Shown: piece after piece, positions 9,963-18,909 of the stretch
How positions within the stretch are numbered: position 1 is the first letter of the stretch
How the letters are laid out: the number at the start of each line of letters is the position of its first letter
Virus record (IMG/VR): IMGVR_UViG_3300027653_000018
Coordinates: 1-46,748 of that record
Strand: one strand, 5' to 3'
From: a virus
Lineage: Duplodnaviria > Caudoviricetes
DNA: 46,748 nucleotides
The notes under the pieces: model-generated
What the model was told of the DNA's origin: nothing
Seen by the model: the letters and a program-made list of their open reading frames with translations, nothing else
The model's database searches: none
Program-made: the position numbers and the translations under genes

Positions 9963-10001
9963 TATATCCGCTACTTTATAGCGGGTATAAGTAAGTTAGG
10001 T
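9963..10001. repeat. Palindromic element (TATAyCCGCTA-N5-TAGCGGGTATA-AGTAA-GTT) abutting a cassette start, copy 1 of 3
   Basis: Also at 26541 and 27928. Confidence 0.85.
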
Positions 10002-10007
10002 GCAATG

Positions 10008-10235
10008 CTATTGAGACCGCAACCATTCCGTTAGCTTTTTCTTTCTTTCATAACTTTTGACTGTTCCTATTTGGTAATTAAACGCTCCCATTCGTTGATA
10101 GCATTCGCCAAAAGGGTTGGCAAAAGCAATAAACTTACCGTCTTTTACAACCCACAGATTACCACGAAAAGAATATACACCATCTTTGCGGTCTTTTGCT
10201 TTCTCGTGTAAGATATTTGTTTCTTCAATTGTCAT
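10008..10235 (-). CDS. Cassette-borne hypothetical protein
   Basis: Likely start MTIEETN at 10235; lies within cassette 9995-10388. Confidence 0.65.
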   Translation of the reverse strand: MTIEETNILHEKAKDRKDGVYSFRGNLWVVKDGKFIAFANPFGECYQRMGAFNYQIGTVKSYERKKKLTEWLRSQ

Positions 10236-10260
10236 CTTTTCAAACTTTGTGAGAAGCACT

Positions 10261-10394
10261 GCACCTAACAAGGTATTGCCAAAAGCAGGACATTCTCGGT
10301 TAATTAATAATTTGTAATTCTATTGGGTATTTTTGCAAGGTTGAAATTTTCTACTTTTAAATCCCTGCCTTCGGCAATACCCGAACCGTTGTAG
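10261..10394 (+). repeat. attC-like site
   Basis: gcacctAAC-aaggtattgccaaaagcagg ... cctgccttcggcaatacc-cgaacc-GTTgtag. Confidence 0.85.
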
Positions 10395-10398
10395 GCAA

Positions 10399-10617
10399 TT
10401 AGTTTGTGACTTCTTTCTTGCATTCAAAGCAGAAGTATGTTTTATCGTCATCATATCCGTACCAAGTTAAATTAGGGTTTCCACAGTCACAAACTAACTG
10501 TTCGCTTTGCCCCACAACATTCAATAAAAGCAATATTTGCTTCGTGGCTTCTTGTAGGGTTATCTTATTAATTTCAAAGTCCATCAGGACACATTTAATT
10601 TTATTTTCTGTTGTCAT
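10399..10617 (-). CDS. Cassette-borne small zinc-ribbon protein
   Basis: CxC...CxxC; N-terminal half encoded inside the attC-like loop. Confidence 0.7.
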   Translation of the reverse strand: MTTENKIKCVLMDFEINKITLQEATKQILLLLNVVGQSEQLVCDCGNPNLTWYGYDDDKTYFCFECKKEVTN

Positions 10618-10642
10618 ACTGCTTTTATTTTTTACGCTATGT
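10507..10642 (+). repeat. attC-like site with degenerate GCT core, overlapping an ORF
   Basis: ttgccccacAAC..aataaaagca ... tgcttttatt..GCTatgtg. Confidence 0.65.
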
Positions 10643-10894
10643 GTAATGCTGTCTAATTGCTTCTATTTCACTTTCGTTTAAACTCGTTGTTTTAATTCTT
10701 TTGAGGTGGTTTATTGCCTCTATGTAATGGTTTGCATTTTCATACATCTTTTCTATAATTCTTTTTACACAATCAGCTTCAATGTTATTTCCTTTTTCTA
10801 ATTGTCTTTTTTCGTTTCTTTTTTGAAATTCTATGTCTTTAAGCAAAGAATTATACCTAACTTCTAGCCTTTCTATCAAAATTAAATCTTGCAT
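10637..10894 (-). CDS. Cassette-borne hypothetical coiled-coil protein
   Basis: 85 aa; stop codon overlaps the cassette core site. Confidence 0.7.
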   Translation of the reverse strand: MQDLILIERLEVRYNSLLKDIEFQKRNEKRQLEKGNNIEADCVKRIIEKMYENANHYIEAINHLKRIKTTSLNESEIEAIRQHYT

Positions 10895-10925
10895 TTTTAT
10901 AAGTTTTGTGGCTTAAACCCGCACA

Positions 10926-11021
10926 ACACATAACAACGTGTATAGCAAATAGCCTATTAATATTCAGTTCTTAATTCGGCGGTTCGTGCTTCGGCTACTT
11001 GCCATACACAAACCGTTAGGC
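10926..11021 (+). repeat. attC-like site
   Basis: acacatAAC-aacgtgtatagcaaatagcc ... ggctacttgccatacac-aaacc-GTTaggc. Confidence 0.85.
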
Positions 11022-11477
11022 AATATTCCAAACATCGTCCCAATTTGAACAACCTCCTGAAATATCCACTTTGGGGAATTGGTTAAAAAACCATTCATCA
11101 AAAATTTCAGAATGGATATTGCACTGGCAGGATGGCGAGCATTCACTAATATCATATCCATTGTCTTCGCAGTATTCTTCGAAATCTTCGTGCCTGTCAA
11201 ACATCCCAAATTCTTCTATTAAATAGTCTTCTATCTCTTCCGCTAATTCGTGCATATCAATAACAGAAACCGAACTATCTACTCTAATTAAATATCTTAA
11301 ACCGATTCTACAATGTTCATTAAATCCTATATAAATTAACTTATTTCCATCCCCAAATACTTTATCTACAAGAATTGAATTTGGAAATTTTTCAATAAAC
11401 TTTTCATAATGCATATCGCCTAACATAGTATTGCCGTCATTGTGGCTTAACTGCTTATTTTCAACTGTATTTTTCAT
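11016..11477 (-). CDS. Cassette-borne acidic hypothetical protein
   Basis: 153 aa; TAA stop within GTTA; start inside the attC loop. Confidence 0.7.
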   Translation of the reverse strand: MKNTVENKQLSHNDGNTMLGDMHYEKFIEKFPNSILVDKVFGDGNKLIYIGFNEHCRIGLRYLIRVDSSVSVIDMHELAEEIEDYLIEEFGMFDRHEDFEEYCEDNGYDISECSPSCQCNIHSEIFDEWFFNQFPKVDISGGCSNWDDVWNIA

Positions 11478-11531
11478 ATTTAACTTTAGTTTTTATTTCC
11501 GCAACGAACGGCAATACTCCGACCGTTATCT
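11413..11531 (+). repeat. attC-like site
   Basis: atatcgcctAAC-atagtattgccgt ... acggcaatact-ccgacc-GTTatct. Confidence 0.85.
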
Positions 11532-11604
11532 GCAACCTTAGCGACACCCTACCATTCATAGATACCGCCTCGTTAGACAATTTTTCGTTGCTCATAATTT
11601 TTTG

Positions 11605-12090
11605 CTTATTAAAAACAGGGATTTCCACCCTGTTGTTATGGTAACCAGCTCTTACCATATCTGGAACTGAGTTAGTTCCGTCTTTTCCCTGGTTCTTCTG
11701 AACACCACCTTAACTCGTTGTAGTCCCGAATAAAAATGACTACATGATGGCTCTCTCAATGACCACTCACCAGTTTACACTCCTGGCTTCTTTGTAGCTT
11801 TACATCTCCCTCCCATTGACGAGTTCGATAACCTATAATTATATAGGGTAGCCTTCACAAAATAACGTTTTGCAAGACGGATTTTATTATTCAAGAGTTT
11901 ACTCTCTATATCCTTATAACTACTCTGCTTTAACAGTCTATAACTGCCCTGACTCATTATAAGAATTGAGGGTGCTATCAGGGGGATAGCATTCTCCCCC
12001 CCCTACGTTTTTTTTCGTGTGTTTTTACTTACCCACGAAACCCGGTACGCTAACTATGTGCCCTTTTTAGTTATTTAATTGTGTGTCTTT
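11605..12090 (-). ncRNA. Candidate large structured non-coding RNA or leader
   Basis: About 480 nt without a convincing ORF, elevated GC, at least 8 short hairpins, directly downstream of a promoter. Confidence 0.4.
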
Positions 12091-12098
12091 TTCTATTG

Positions 12099-12130
12099 TA
12101 AAGATACGACTTATTTTTTAAACTACCAAA
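12099..12130 (-). promoter_or_regulatory. Bacteroidetes-type promoter facing the ncRNA candidate and cassette array A
   Basis: TTTGGTAG...AAGTCG-TATCTTTA; near-copy of the promoter at 12626-12657. Confidence 0.7.
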
Positions 12131-12154
12131 TCTTTTTGCAAATTATTTTAAAAA

Positions 12155-12191
12155 GCCTACTCTGTTAAAGGATTTTCGGCATCCTCCATTT
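12155..12191 (-). repeat. Conserved intergenic motif GGAGGATGCCGAAAATCC-N6-AGAGTAGGC, copy 1
   Basis: 22-bp and 9-bp exact blocks shared with 34036..34071. Confidence 0.8.
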
Positions 12192-12213
12192 TTTTTGTTT
12201 AGATACCAGAACA

Positions 12214-12585
12214 TTATAATTCAGATGCTTTTGTAAAATCAACTTTTTCCCCGTCCAGGGAAATTGCAATATTTTCATTTTCGCTTAATGTATCATCATT
12301 CATCCATTTTTGATAAACAGGATTTGAATACTCATTTCTGTTAAATGAATAAAGAATAACATATCCACCTAAATTTAAAGCTGCAATTAACAGCATTTTG
12401 TATAAGCCTTTTCCTCTGTATTCTTCTTCGATAAATGAATACGTAATTTCTTCACCGGAAAATTCAATATAACCAGCTTCATCACCGTCTATAATCATCG
12501 TTACTTTTCTGTAACTTCCTGTTTCAAATCTAAATTCTATGTTTTTCATTTTGTCTGTTACTCTAATTGCATCGCCTACTATCAT
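12214..12585 (-). CDS. GNAT-family acetyltransferase
   Basis: FIEEEYRGKGLYKMLL acetyl-CoA-binding motif; likely start MIVGD at 12585. Confidence 0.7.
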   Translation of the reverse strand: MIVGDAIRVTDKMKNIEFRFETGSYRKVTMIIDGDEAGYIEFSGEEITYSFIEEEYRGKGLYKMLLIAALNLGGYVILYSFNRNEYSNPVYQKWMNDDTLSENENIAISLDGEKVDFTKASEL

Positions 12586-12625
12586 AATTTTTATTTTTTT
12601 AAAGTTCTTAGCAATATTGCTAATA

Positions 12626-12657
12626 CAAAGATACGACTTATTTTTCAATCTACCAAA
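12626..12657 (-). promoter_or_regulatory. Bacteroidetes sigma70 promoter
   Basis: TTTG-N20-TATCTTTG consensus. Confidence 0.75.
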
Positions 12658-12691
12658 TTATTTTACAAAAAAAATTAATTATATACTAAAT

Positions 12692-12728
12692 AAAAAACCA
12701 CACAAGCTGGCACCTGCATGGTTTTTAC
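12692..12728 (-). terminator. Probable terminator after the portal gene
   Basis: aaaaacca...tggttttt inverted repeat. Confidence 0.45.
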
Positions 12729-12778
12729 TTAAAAAATAAAAATTATGGACTAACGTCAATACAAAGGTAAGTAAACTT

Positions 12779-14446
12779 TTAATCAAAAACATTAATTTCA
12801 TTAATAAATTTTCTAGCCTCCTGATGTACTATTTCTTTCTGCCTGCTATAATCTAAATAATAGAAATCCAAATAACTCTCCTCTATATTTACAAATATCT
12901 CATGGAAATGATTATGTAATGCTTTTGAAATTTCATCCGTTCCTGTAGCTATAATTAATCTTATTTCTTCATCTGTCTTTCCAAAGAACGGTTGGAATTT
13001 CATTTTAACTTCCATTTCTGTAAGCTTCTCCATATCTGTAGCATACTTCTGGATTATCCAATTTTTTTGCAATTCCGCAAGCAAGAACTGTGGTGCACCA
13101 CTTTGTCGCATTTGCGTTAATTCTTCTAATATTTCTCCTTCTGTCTGTGGAAAAATTACCGCTGGAAATTCAAAATAAGATTTAGCACTATCATCATGAA
13201 TAATTTCATCCATTATATGCATCCAAAGGTTTGCATACTTCTGCATAAACGGATATAAAGTATCCAATAAATCATCGCCCTCATATTTTATTTCAGTTGC
13301 CGTCTTACTTACTTCATTATTACTTCTTTTTAGAACTTGCGAAAATATTGCATTTCTGAAATTTCTATGTATTTTCTCTTGATAATCCTCTTGAAATTTA
13401 ACTAAATCAACTGGTGGACTAAAATAATGAACAATGTCCTTTGGGTACAACTGCTGTTGCTTATCATCATCCTCTTTGATTATTAATAATTCTTGCGTGC
13501 TATCAACTGCATTAACATCAATCCCCGTTCCTTTACAAACGCTACAAATATCTCCATTAACCGTTTCCCCATTTATGCATCTACCCTCTCCCTCTGCTCC
13601 TGAACAAGATCTTCCAATAATCGCCCTCTGTGGATAAACATGTTTCCGCATTGTTAAATCAAACTCACTACCTAACTGTATTTCTTTCTTCAAATAAGGC
13701 AATCCATAGTGGAAAATAGATAAATACGTTTCATTCTTCGTTGCTGGGTCTTGAATTACACCTGCGAACCTCGCTCCCTTTACTGCTCTATCATTTGTAA
13801 AGAACTTATAATCATACATTTCATATATCGCTTTCCTTATAAGCTCTCCCTCTACTTCTCTTTCACTATCAACTTTCTTTAAACTATGTATTCCGCTATT
13901 ATCATATAAATAATACGTATCTTCATTCTGGACTAAGAACCATTTCAAATATCCATTCTCTTTGTAATAATTTATTACATTCTTACTCTCATACACGAAT
14001 GGAAATGCATGGTCATTATTCCTTTCTATTGTGATAATTGAATTAGGGTCAAACCTTGCATAATAACTCCATTTTTCTTCTAAAAACTCATCCACTCCCT
14101 GCCCTTGCTCCCCTTGATAGAACTTATCCGCCAACTCCCACGCTCTATTAACTACCCTTGTGTCGTCAGCGATAATTTTTCTTACAATTTTATCCGAACG
14201 CAAAGGCTTATTGAAATCCCTATCCACTTCCGCAATTAACGATGGAATAACTGAAATATAAATATCCATTCTTTGCTTGTGCTGTTCTGCGCTTTCATTA
14301 GCTCTATATCTGCGACTGAACCTACCTAAGTCTTTACACAAAAGCAAATCTTGATACTCTTGCGTTAATTTCAAAACATGTTGATAATTGCTATGTTGCT
14401 TCTGTTCAATTAATAAATCAATAGCATCTTCCTTTTTAAAAATCAT
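12779..14446 (-). CDS. Portal protein
   Basis: 555 aa directly after TerL; SKTATEI motif; internal CxxCxGxG. Confidence 0.8.
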   Translation of the reverse strand: MIFKKEDAIDLLIEQKQHSNYQHVLKLTQEYQDLLLCKDLGRFSRRYRANESAEQHKQRMDIYISVIPSLIAEVDRDFNKPLRSDKIVRKIIADDTRVVNRAWELADKFYQGEQGQGVDEFLEEKWSYYARFDPNSIITIERNNDHAFPFVYESKNVINYYKENGYLKWFLVQNEDTYYLYDNSGIHSLKKVDSEREVEGELIRKAIYEMYDYKFFTNDRAVKGARFAGVIQDPATKNETYLSIFHYGLPYLKKEIQLGSEFDLTMRKHVYPQRAIIGRSCSGAEGEGRCINGETVNGDICSVCKGTGIDVNAVDSTQELLIIKEDDDKQQQLYPKDIVHYFSPPVDLVKFQEDYQEKIHRNFRNAIFSQVLKRSNNEVSKTATEIKYEGDDLLDTLYPFMQKYANLWMHIMDEIIHDDSAKSYFEFPAVIFPQTEGEILEELTQMRQSGAPQFLLAELQKNWIIQKYATDMEKLTEMEVKMKFQPFFGKTDEEIRLIIATGTDEISKALHNHFHEIFVNIEESYLDFYYLDYSRQKEIVHQEARKFINEINVFD

Positions 14447-15891
14447 AATTTGTGCTTAAAAATACTTGCAAATAAATAATCTACTGTATCGGATAAATGC
14501 CCATTTAATTCAACATTTTTCTCCTCATTATAAACGCCTTTCTCGACTAACTTCCCACCTGTACCCTCTTTAACTGTGTTATAATCGTTAATCAATTTCT
14601 TGCATTTACTTGAAATAAAGATACGAACCTTTTGTTTTCTATCAACGAAATTACCACTTAAAATACTATTCATCAAGTCTCTTCTCTTTATATTCGCTGG
14701 GTTATACCGAATTGACCTATCTGAACTATTTCCAATATAATTAACTAATAATTCCCTAACCTCTTTAAATCTCGTATAACTCCCTTGACCCTCTACTCTC
14801 CTATTTCCCATTGCATCACCATAATAATAAACCGTACTGAAATCATCCCGCTTGTAATCTGAAATGAATTTATTAATAATATCCTTTGTTGTATTAAGCG
14901 GACTTTCTAAAGCATATTCTTGATAGCAATAAAAATCTAAATACTCACCATTATTGTGAATTTGCCATGCCGTTAAGCTCATGTAAGGTACTACGTTCCA
15001 ATCTATTGAAATATGGTCAGCCAATCCTTCTACCCTTTTTATATCATCTTTAACATGAATAGTATTCGCAAACGCATGGTACCAAAGATTATCATCTGTT
15101 GTTTGCTTCCATGTTCCATTCGCTAATCCCTCAAACTTCTTTATATCTCCATTTGATGCTAACCATAAAACATCCTTATAATTTCTTGGTAAGAACGGAT
15201 TATCAAAATAGTTTACAAAATAATCAAATATATTATAATTATCCCTTACATTAATTTTTAATTCTTCTTCTCCATCATATAAATCTGGGTAAAAAGTGGA
15301 AATAATCCAATGCTTCTTATTTACTGCATATCTATTAAATGTTAGAATAATACATCTTGCACCATCAAATCCATGCCTCAATGTTGGTAATATTTCTGAA
15401 AAAGCTCCATGTGAAATCTGGTCAGCTTCGTCCATCCAAATATGTGTAGGGTCTTCAATCCCTTTCATTTTATCTTCCTTATCCGTTCCAAAAGGCGTAA
15501 AATACCCTCCTGTCTTTACATGCCGAATATCCATCGTTCCATTAGACGCTTCTGAATAATAAAACTCATCCTCAACTCCCATATATTTAATTGCATTCAC
15601 TAAGGCTTTATGCGTTGTCTCTCTATTTGTTGTCCATTCTTTTCTACCATAAAAGCACTTAAAATAATTAGATTCCATGCACTCCTTAACAAGCTTCATC
15701 GCTGTTGTTCTACTCTTTGCACCTCCACGACCTCCACTAACTAAATAAATACCATTTTGCATTCTCGACGCATAAGGCAACAATTTGTCTACCACTGGTA
15801 ATATTTTATGCTTACCAATACCATACTTTAATACCTCTTGCTCTTCTTCATTTAATTTTAAAAAATTACTTGCCTTTGCAAAATTAATCAT
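14443..15891 (-). CDS. terL: Terminase large subunit
   Basis: GGRGGAKS Walker A, IWMDEA Walker B, IDWN and HLSDTVDY nuclease motifs. Confidence 0.93.
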   Translation of the reverse strand: MINFAKASNFLKLNEEEQEVLKYGIGKHKILPVVDKLLPYASRMQNGIYLVSGGRGGAKSRTTAMKLVKECMESNYFKCFYGRKEWTTNRETTHKALVNAIKYMGVEDEFYYSEASNGTMDIRHVKTGGYFTPFGTDKEDKMKGIEDPTHIWMDEADQISHGAFSEILPTLRHGFDGARCIILTFNRYAVNKKHWIISTFYPDLYDGEEELKINVRDNYNIFDYFVNYFDNPFLPRNYKDVLWLASNGDIKKFEGLANGTWKQTTDDNLWYHAFANTIHVKDDIKRVEGLADHISIDWNVVPYMSLTAWQIHNNGEYLDFYCYQEYALESPLNTTKDIINKFISDYKRDDFSTVYYYGDAMGNRRVEGQGSYTRFKEVRELLVNYIGNSSDRSIRYNPANIKRRDLMNSILSGNFVDRKQKVRIFISSKCKKLINDYNTVKEGTGGKLVEKGVYNEEKNVELNGHLSDTVDYLFASIFKHKL

Positions 15892-16357
15892 TTAATTTTT
15901 TTAATATATCTTTCACTACTTTGCTTGCATTAACTTCTAAATCCAAACCACCTTTAACCTCTACTTCTTCTGGTTTATAATATCCTTGCATTCTGGATAT
16001 TTCTTTCATCGCATTAATACGCTCACTTGCTGTTGGTGCAATAATTTCACTACCCACTTTCCACGCTTCACCTTTTCCTAACTTTGTCAAAGTTTCAAGC
16101 ACTTCATTACGTGTCATTATCTCACGTTTTACGGCTTCTTTCCCTAATCTAATACGTTCCTCCATTTCAGCCTTTTTAATCGCCTCCCTTTGCTTCCTAT
16201 GTACCTCTTTAGCTTCATTCCAATAATTAGTAAACGTAGACTCTGGCACACCCCAATTATCAACAAAAAACTTTAAACTCTGTGAATACGTTCTTCCAGA
16301 ATTTATATGCTCTACAATTATATCAATGCTCTTTATTTTATTCGGTCTTTTACTCAT
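15884..16357 (-). CDS. terS: Terminase small subunit
   Basis: Upstream of TerL; EVLETLTK...ERINAMKEISRMQG pattern. Confidence 0.75.
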   Translation of the reverse strand: MSKRPNKIKSIDIIVEHINSGRTYSQSLKFFVDNWGVPESTFTNYWNEAKEVHRKQREAIKKAEMEERIRLGKEAVKREIMTRNEVLETLTKLGKGEAWKVGSEIIAPTASERINAMKEISRMQGYYKPEEVEVKGGLDLEVNASKVVKDILKKLND

Positions 16358-16375
16358 AATGCAAATATAATAAAT

Positions 16376-16588
16376 TTAATCTAATAAACTTCTGTTAAAT
16401 TCTTTCCCAGTCAGCTGCTCATATTTTGTTCTATACTTTGTGAACTCCGCTCCTAATTGCTCCACCTTTCTCATCGCATGCCCATACCTTTGAGTTCCCC
16501 ATCCTAATTTCCTAACATCTGGTATACCTAGCAAATCCTGCTCTTTTTTTATTTTTCTTAATTTCCTTAAAATCTGTTCTTCATTCAT
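16376..16588 (-). CDS. Hypothetical protein
   Basis: 70 aa ORF in operon. Confidence 0.6.
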   Translation of the reverse strand: MNEEQILRKLRKIKKEQDLLGIPDVRKLGWGTQRYGHAMRKVEQLGAEFTKYRTKYEQLTGKEFNRSLLD

Positions 16589-16602
16589 TTTTTGTATATA
16601 TT

Positions 16603-17427
16603 TTAGTTGCTTAATGGAAATGTCAATTTATCATGGCTTTCATAATTCTCAATCTGAAAAGAATTTACATCTAATTTATCTAATATCTCATCAAGGCACA
16701 TGTTTTTATAATCCAAGTCGGGTAAAACTAACTTTGGTAATTTATATTTATTTCTCCTTTCAATTTGTTTAATTATCTGCTTTACTTGGTTTTTATAAAT
16801 ATGCGCATCTGTAATATTTATCTTTAAGAACTTAGGTCTATGCCTTGTCATCTTAGCTACAATTGTTAATAATGCTCCATAACTTGCAATATTAAAAGGT
16901 ACTCCTAATGGTACATCTCCTGAACGCATATTAACATCAATAGACAAATTACCTCTTTCATCTGAATAAAACACAAATGAATAATGGCAGGGTGGTAATA
17001 TCATATCATCGAAATCTTCAAAATTCCATGCTGATACTACATGCCTTCTGCTAGACGGATTTATTCTAATATGCTCTATTACAGAATTTAATTGGTCTTT
17101 CCCTTTCCTCCATTGATATCCATAAATCTTTCCTAAATCTCCATTAATCCTATTGCTTTTATGCCAATCCCCATCCCAAATATGACAACCCATTTCATGC
17201 AGTTTTTTTATATTTGTCTGTCCTCTCATGAACCAAAGTAATTCAGCAAAAATAGATTTGTAAGCCATTCTCTTAGTCGTCAACAAAGGGAAGCCTTCAC
17301 TCATATCATGCATAATTGACTGACCAAATAAACTCATTGTTCCTGTTCCTGTCCTGTCTCTTTTGCTCACTCCATTTTTTAAAATATTCCTAACTAATAT
17401 CTTATAATTATAATCTAATAAATTCAT
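16603..17427 (-). CDS. thyA: Thymidylate synthase
   Basis: DRTGTGT, GFPLLTTK, LPPCH, RSGD, GVPFNIASY, DAHIY. Confidence 0.97.
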   Translation of the reverse strand: MNLLDYNYKILVRNILKNGVSKRDRTGTGTMSLFGQSIMHDMSEGFPLLTTKRMAYKSIFAELLWFMRGQTNIKKLHEMGCHIWDGDWHKSNRINGDLGKIYGYQWRKGKDQLNSVIEHIRINPSSRRHVVSAWNFEDFDDMILPPCHYSFVFYSDERGNLSIDVNMRSGDVPLGVPFNIASYGALLTIVAKMTRHRPKFLKINITDAHIYKNQVKQIIKQIERRNKYKLPKLVLPDLDYKNMCLDEILDKLDVNSFQIENYESHDKLTFPLSN

Positions 17428-17734
17428 TTTGTCTAATTTCTTGGATTTTGTTTCTTAAATATTTAATTCTTGTTTTTAATAAATTTCTATCTAAAGGCAA
17501 TATTAACTTCCCTTTTCCCGCTATTATTTCAAAATCTTCTACAAGGTACTCATAAGTTTCCAATTTAATAAATTTCTTGTATAGCATGAACTCTATTAAA
17601 GGACAAAGACCTGCACCTCTAATTTTCAAACCATTAACTCTGGTATGGAAAGCACAATAATCTTCGTTGTATTTATTTTTAACTATTTCTGCATCTCTTA
17701 ATGCTCTTATAATTAAATTAATATCTCTAATCAT
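17408..17734 (-). CDS. Hypothetical protein
   Basis: 108 aa coupled ORF. Confidence 0.6.
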   Translation of the reverse strand: MIRDINLIIRALRDAEIVKNKYNEDYCAFHTRVNGLKIRGAGLCPLIEFMLYKKFIKLETYEYLVEDFEIIAGKGKLILPLDRNLLKTRIKYLRNKIQEIRQNEFIRL

Positions 17735-18079
17735 TTAAACTGGTTTAATAATTTCACTTAAATAATCTTCTAACTTCTCTAGCATATCCAACTCTGCAAG
17801 CTGATTAATTATCATTAAGCTGTTAGACAAAGATTGTATGCGCTCCTCTGTTAATCCTTTTAAAATATCTTCCCTAGCTTCCGCATCCTTTGCCGAATTT
17901 AGCAAATCTATACGAACTTCTTTAACAATACGCTTTATCCTGTCTTGCTTCTTTCTGTTTATTATACCATTCTTCACGATTTTTTCCTGACTTGCTAAAA
18001 AATCGGCATGATACTCCGCAATGTGCAACGATAATAATAAAGTGTAAATACTATGTTGTAAAAATAATTTATCTTTCAT
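17735..18079 (-). CDS. Hypothetical protein
   Basis: 114 aa coupled ORF. Confidence 0.6.
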   Translation of the reverse strand: MKDKLFLQHSIYTLLLSLHIAEYHADFLASQEKIVKNGIINRKKQDRIKRIVKEVRIDLLNSAKDAEAREDILKGLTEERIQSLSNSLMIINQLAELDMLEKLEDYLSEIIKPV

Positions 18080-18085
18080 ATTTTT

Positions 18086-18592
18086 TTAATATTTAAAATT
18101 TGTCCAATGTATTATTTTGCCTTTAAAATCTTTATTAAAATACCCAAAGAACTCCTCAACTGTTTTAAATCCATCATTTTGAGAAAGCTTGTGCAATATG
18201 CTATAATCATCTTTATTAGATATATATAAAGCTTTATTATCTATAGTAACAACTGGATAATCACTGTTATTGTATTTTATTTCAATCTTTTGAACTCCAG
18301 TACAAATAACCTCTGGAGCAAACTGAAATCTATCTTTAGTCCTATTATTAATTACAAAATGTATCATATTACCCTCTTTCCACCTGTTCGCCTTGTCTTT
18401 TCTTATTGTGTGTATCTTAGGAGGTAATCCTACCCCAAAATCCCATACATCTCCAAACTTATTATCATATAGATAAAGGTACTTTTGATAAGAATAGAAA
18501 GGTAAAATATCGTTATCGACAAGGCTCTTCCATATTTTATTTATAAAATAAGTTTTGTCCCCATTTAATTCTTGTGAGAATGCTAGTGTCAT
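18086..18592 (-). CDS. ASCH-like domain protein
   Basis: KIHTIR...RWKEG..IHF and NDGF....FF.YF motifs. Confidence 0.55.
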   Translation of the reverse strand: MTLAFSQELNGDKTYFINKIWKSLVDNDILPFYSYQKYLYLYDNKFGDVWDFGVGLPPKIHTIRKDKANRWKEGNMIHFVINNRTKDRFQFAPEVICTGVQKIEIKYNNSDYPVVTIDNKALYISNKDDYSILHKLSQNDGFKTVEEFFGYFNKDFKGKIIHWTNFKY

Positions 18593-18605
18593 AATTTTTA
18601 TTTTT

Positions 18606-18900
18606 TCAGTATATGTAAATTAAAAAATCTATAAAATCATCTAATCCCTCCACCTGATGTTCTTCGCCATTTATATATATAATCTTACCCACATCATCAT
18701 ATAACCACCAATATATAAGCTCTCTTATTCCCGGAATTTCATCCTTGTTTATAATATAACTTATAAGCCTTACCACGTCATCCGTACTATCATATTCATA
18801 ATGTAGCTCAACTCCTAATTTTTTTATATCCGCTAATCTTTTTGAATTCTCCTGAATTCTTTCAATAGCTTTTTTGATTATTATTTTCTTCTCTTTCATG
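18606..18900 (-). CDS. Hypothetical protein
   Basis: ORF 18606..18938; the start is probably MKEKK near 18899. Confidence 0.55.
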
Positions 18901-18909
18901 CTTTCGTGT

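Larger units (their letters stand above)
9995..11600. mobile_element. Integron-like gene cassette array A (four cassettes plus a remnant; no integrase)
   Basis: Each unit begins with GTT and carries its reverse complement ...AAC at the start of the next long hairpin. Confidence 0.8.

Noticed and set aside
11461-11957. ORFs 11461..11658 and 11775..11957 as genuine genes
   Set aside because: They run through hairpin-dense or attC sequence; only the MSNEKLSNEA segment looks like a remnant cassette N-terminus
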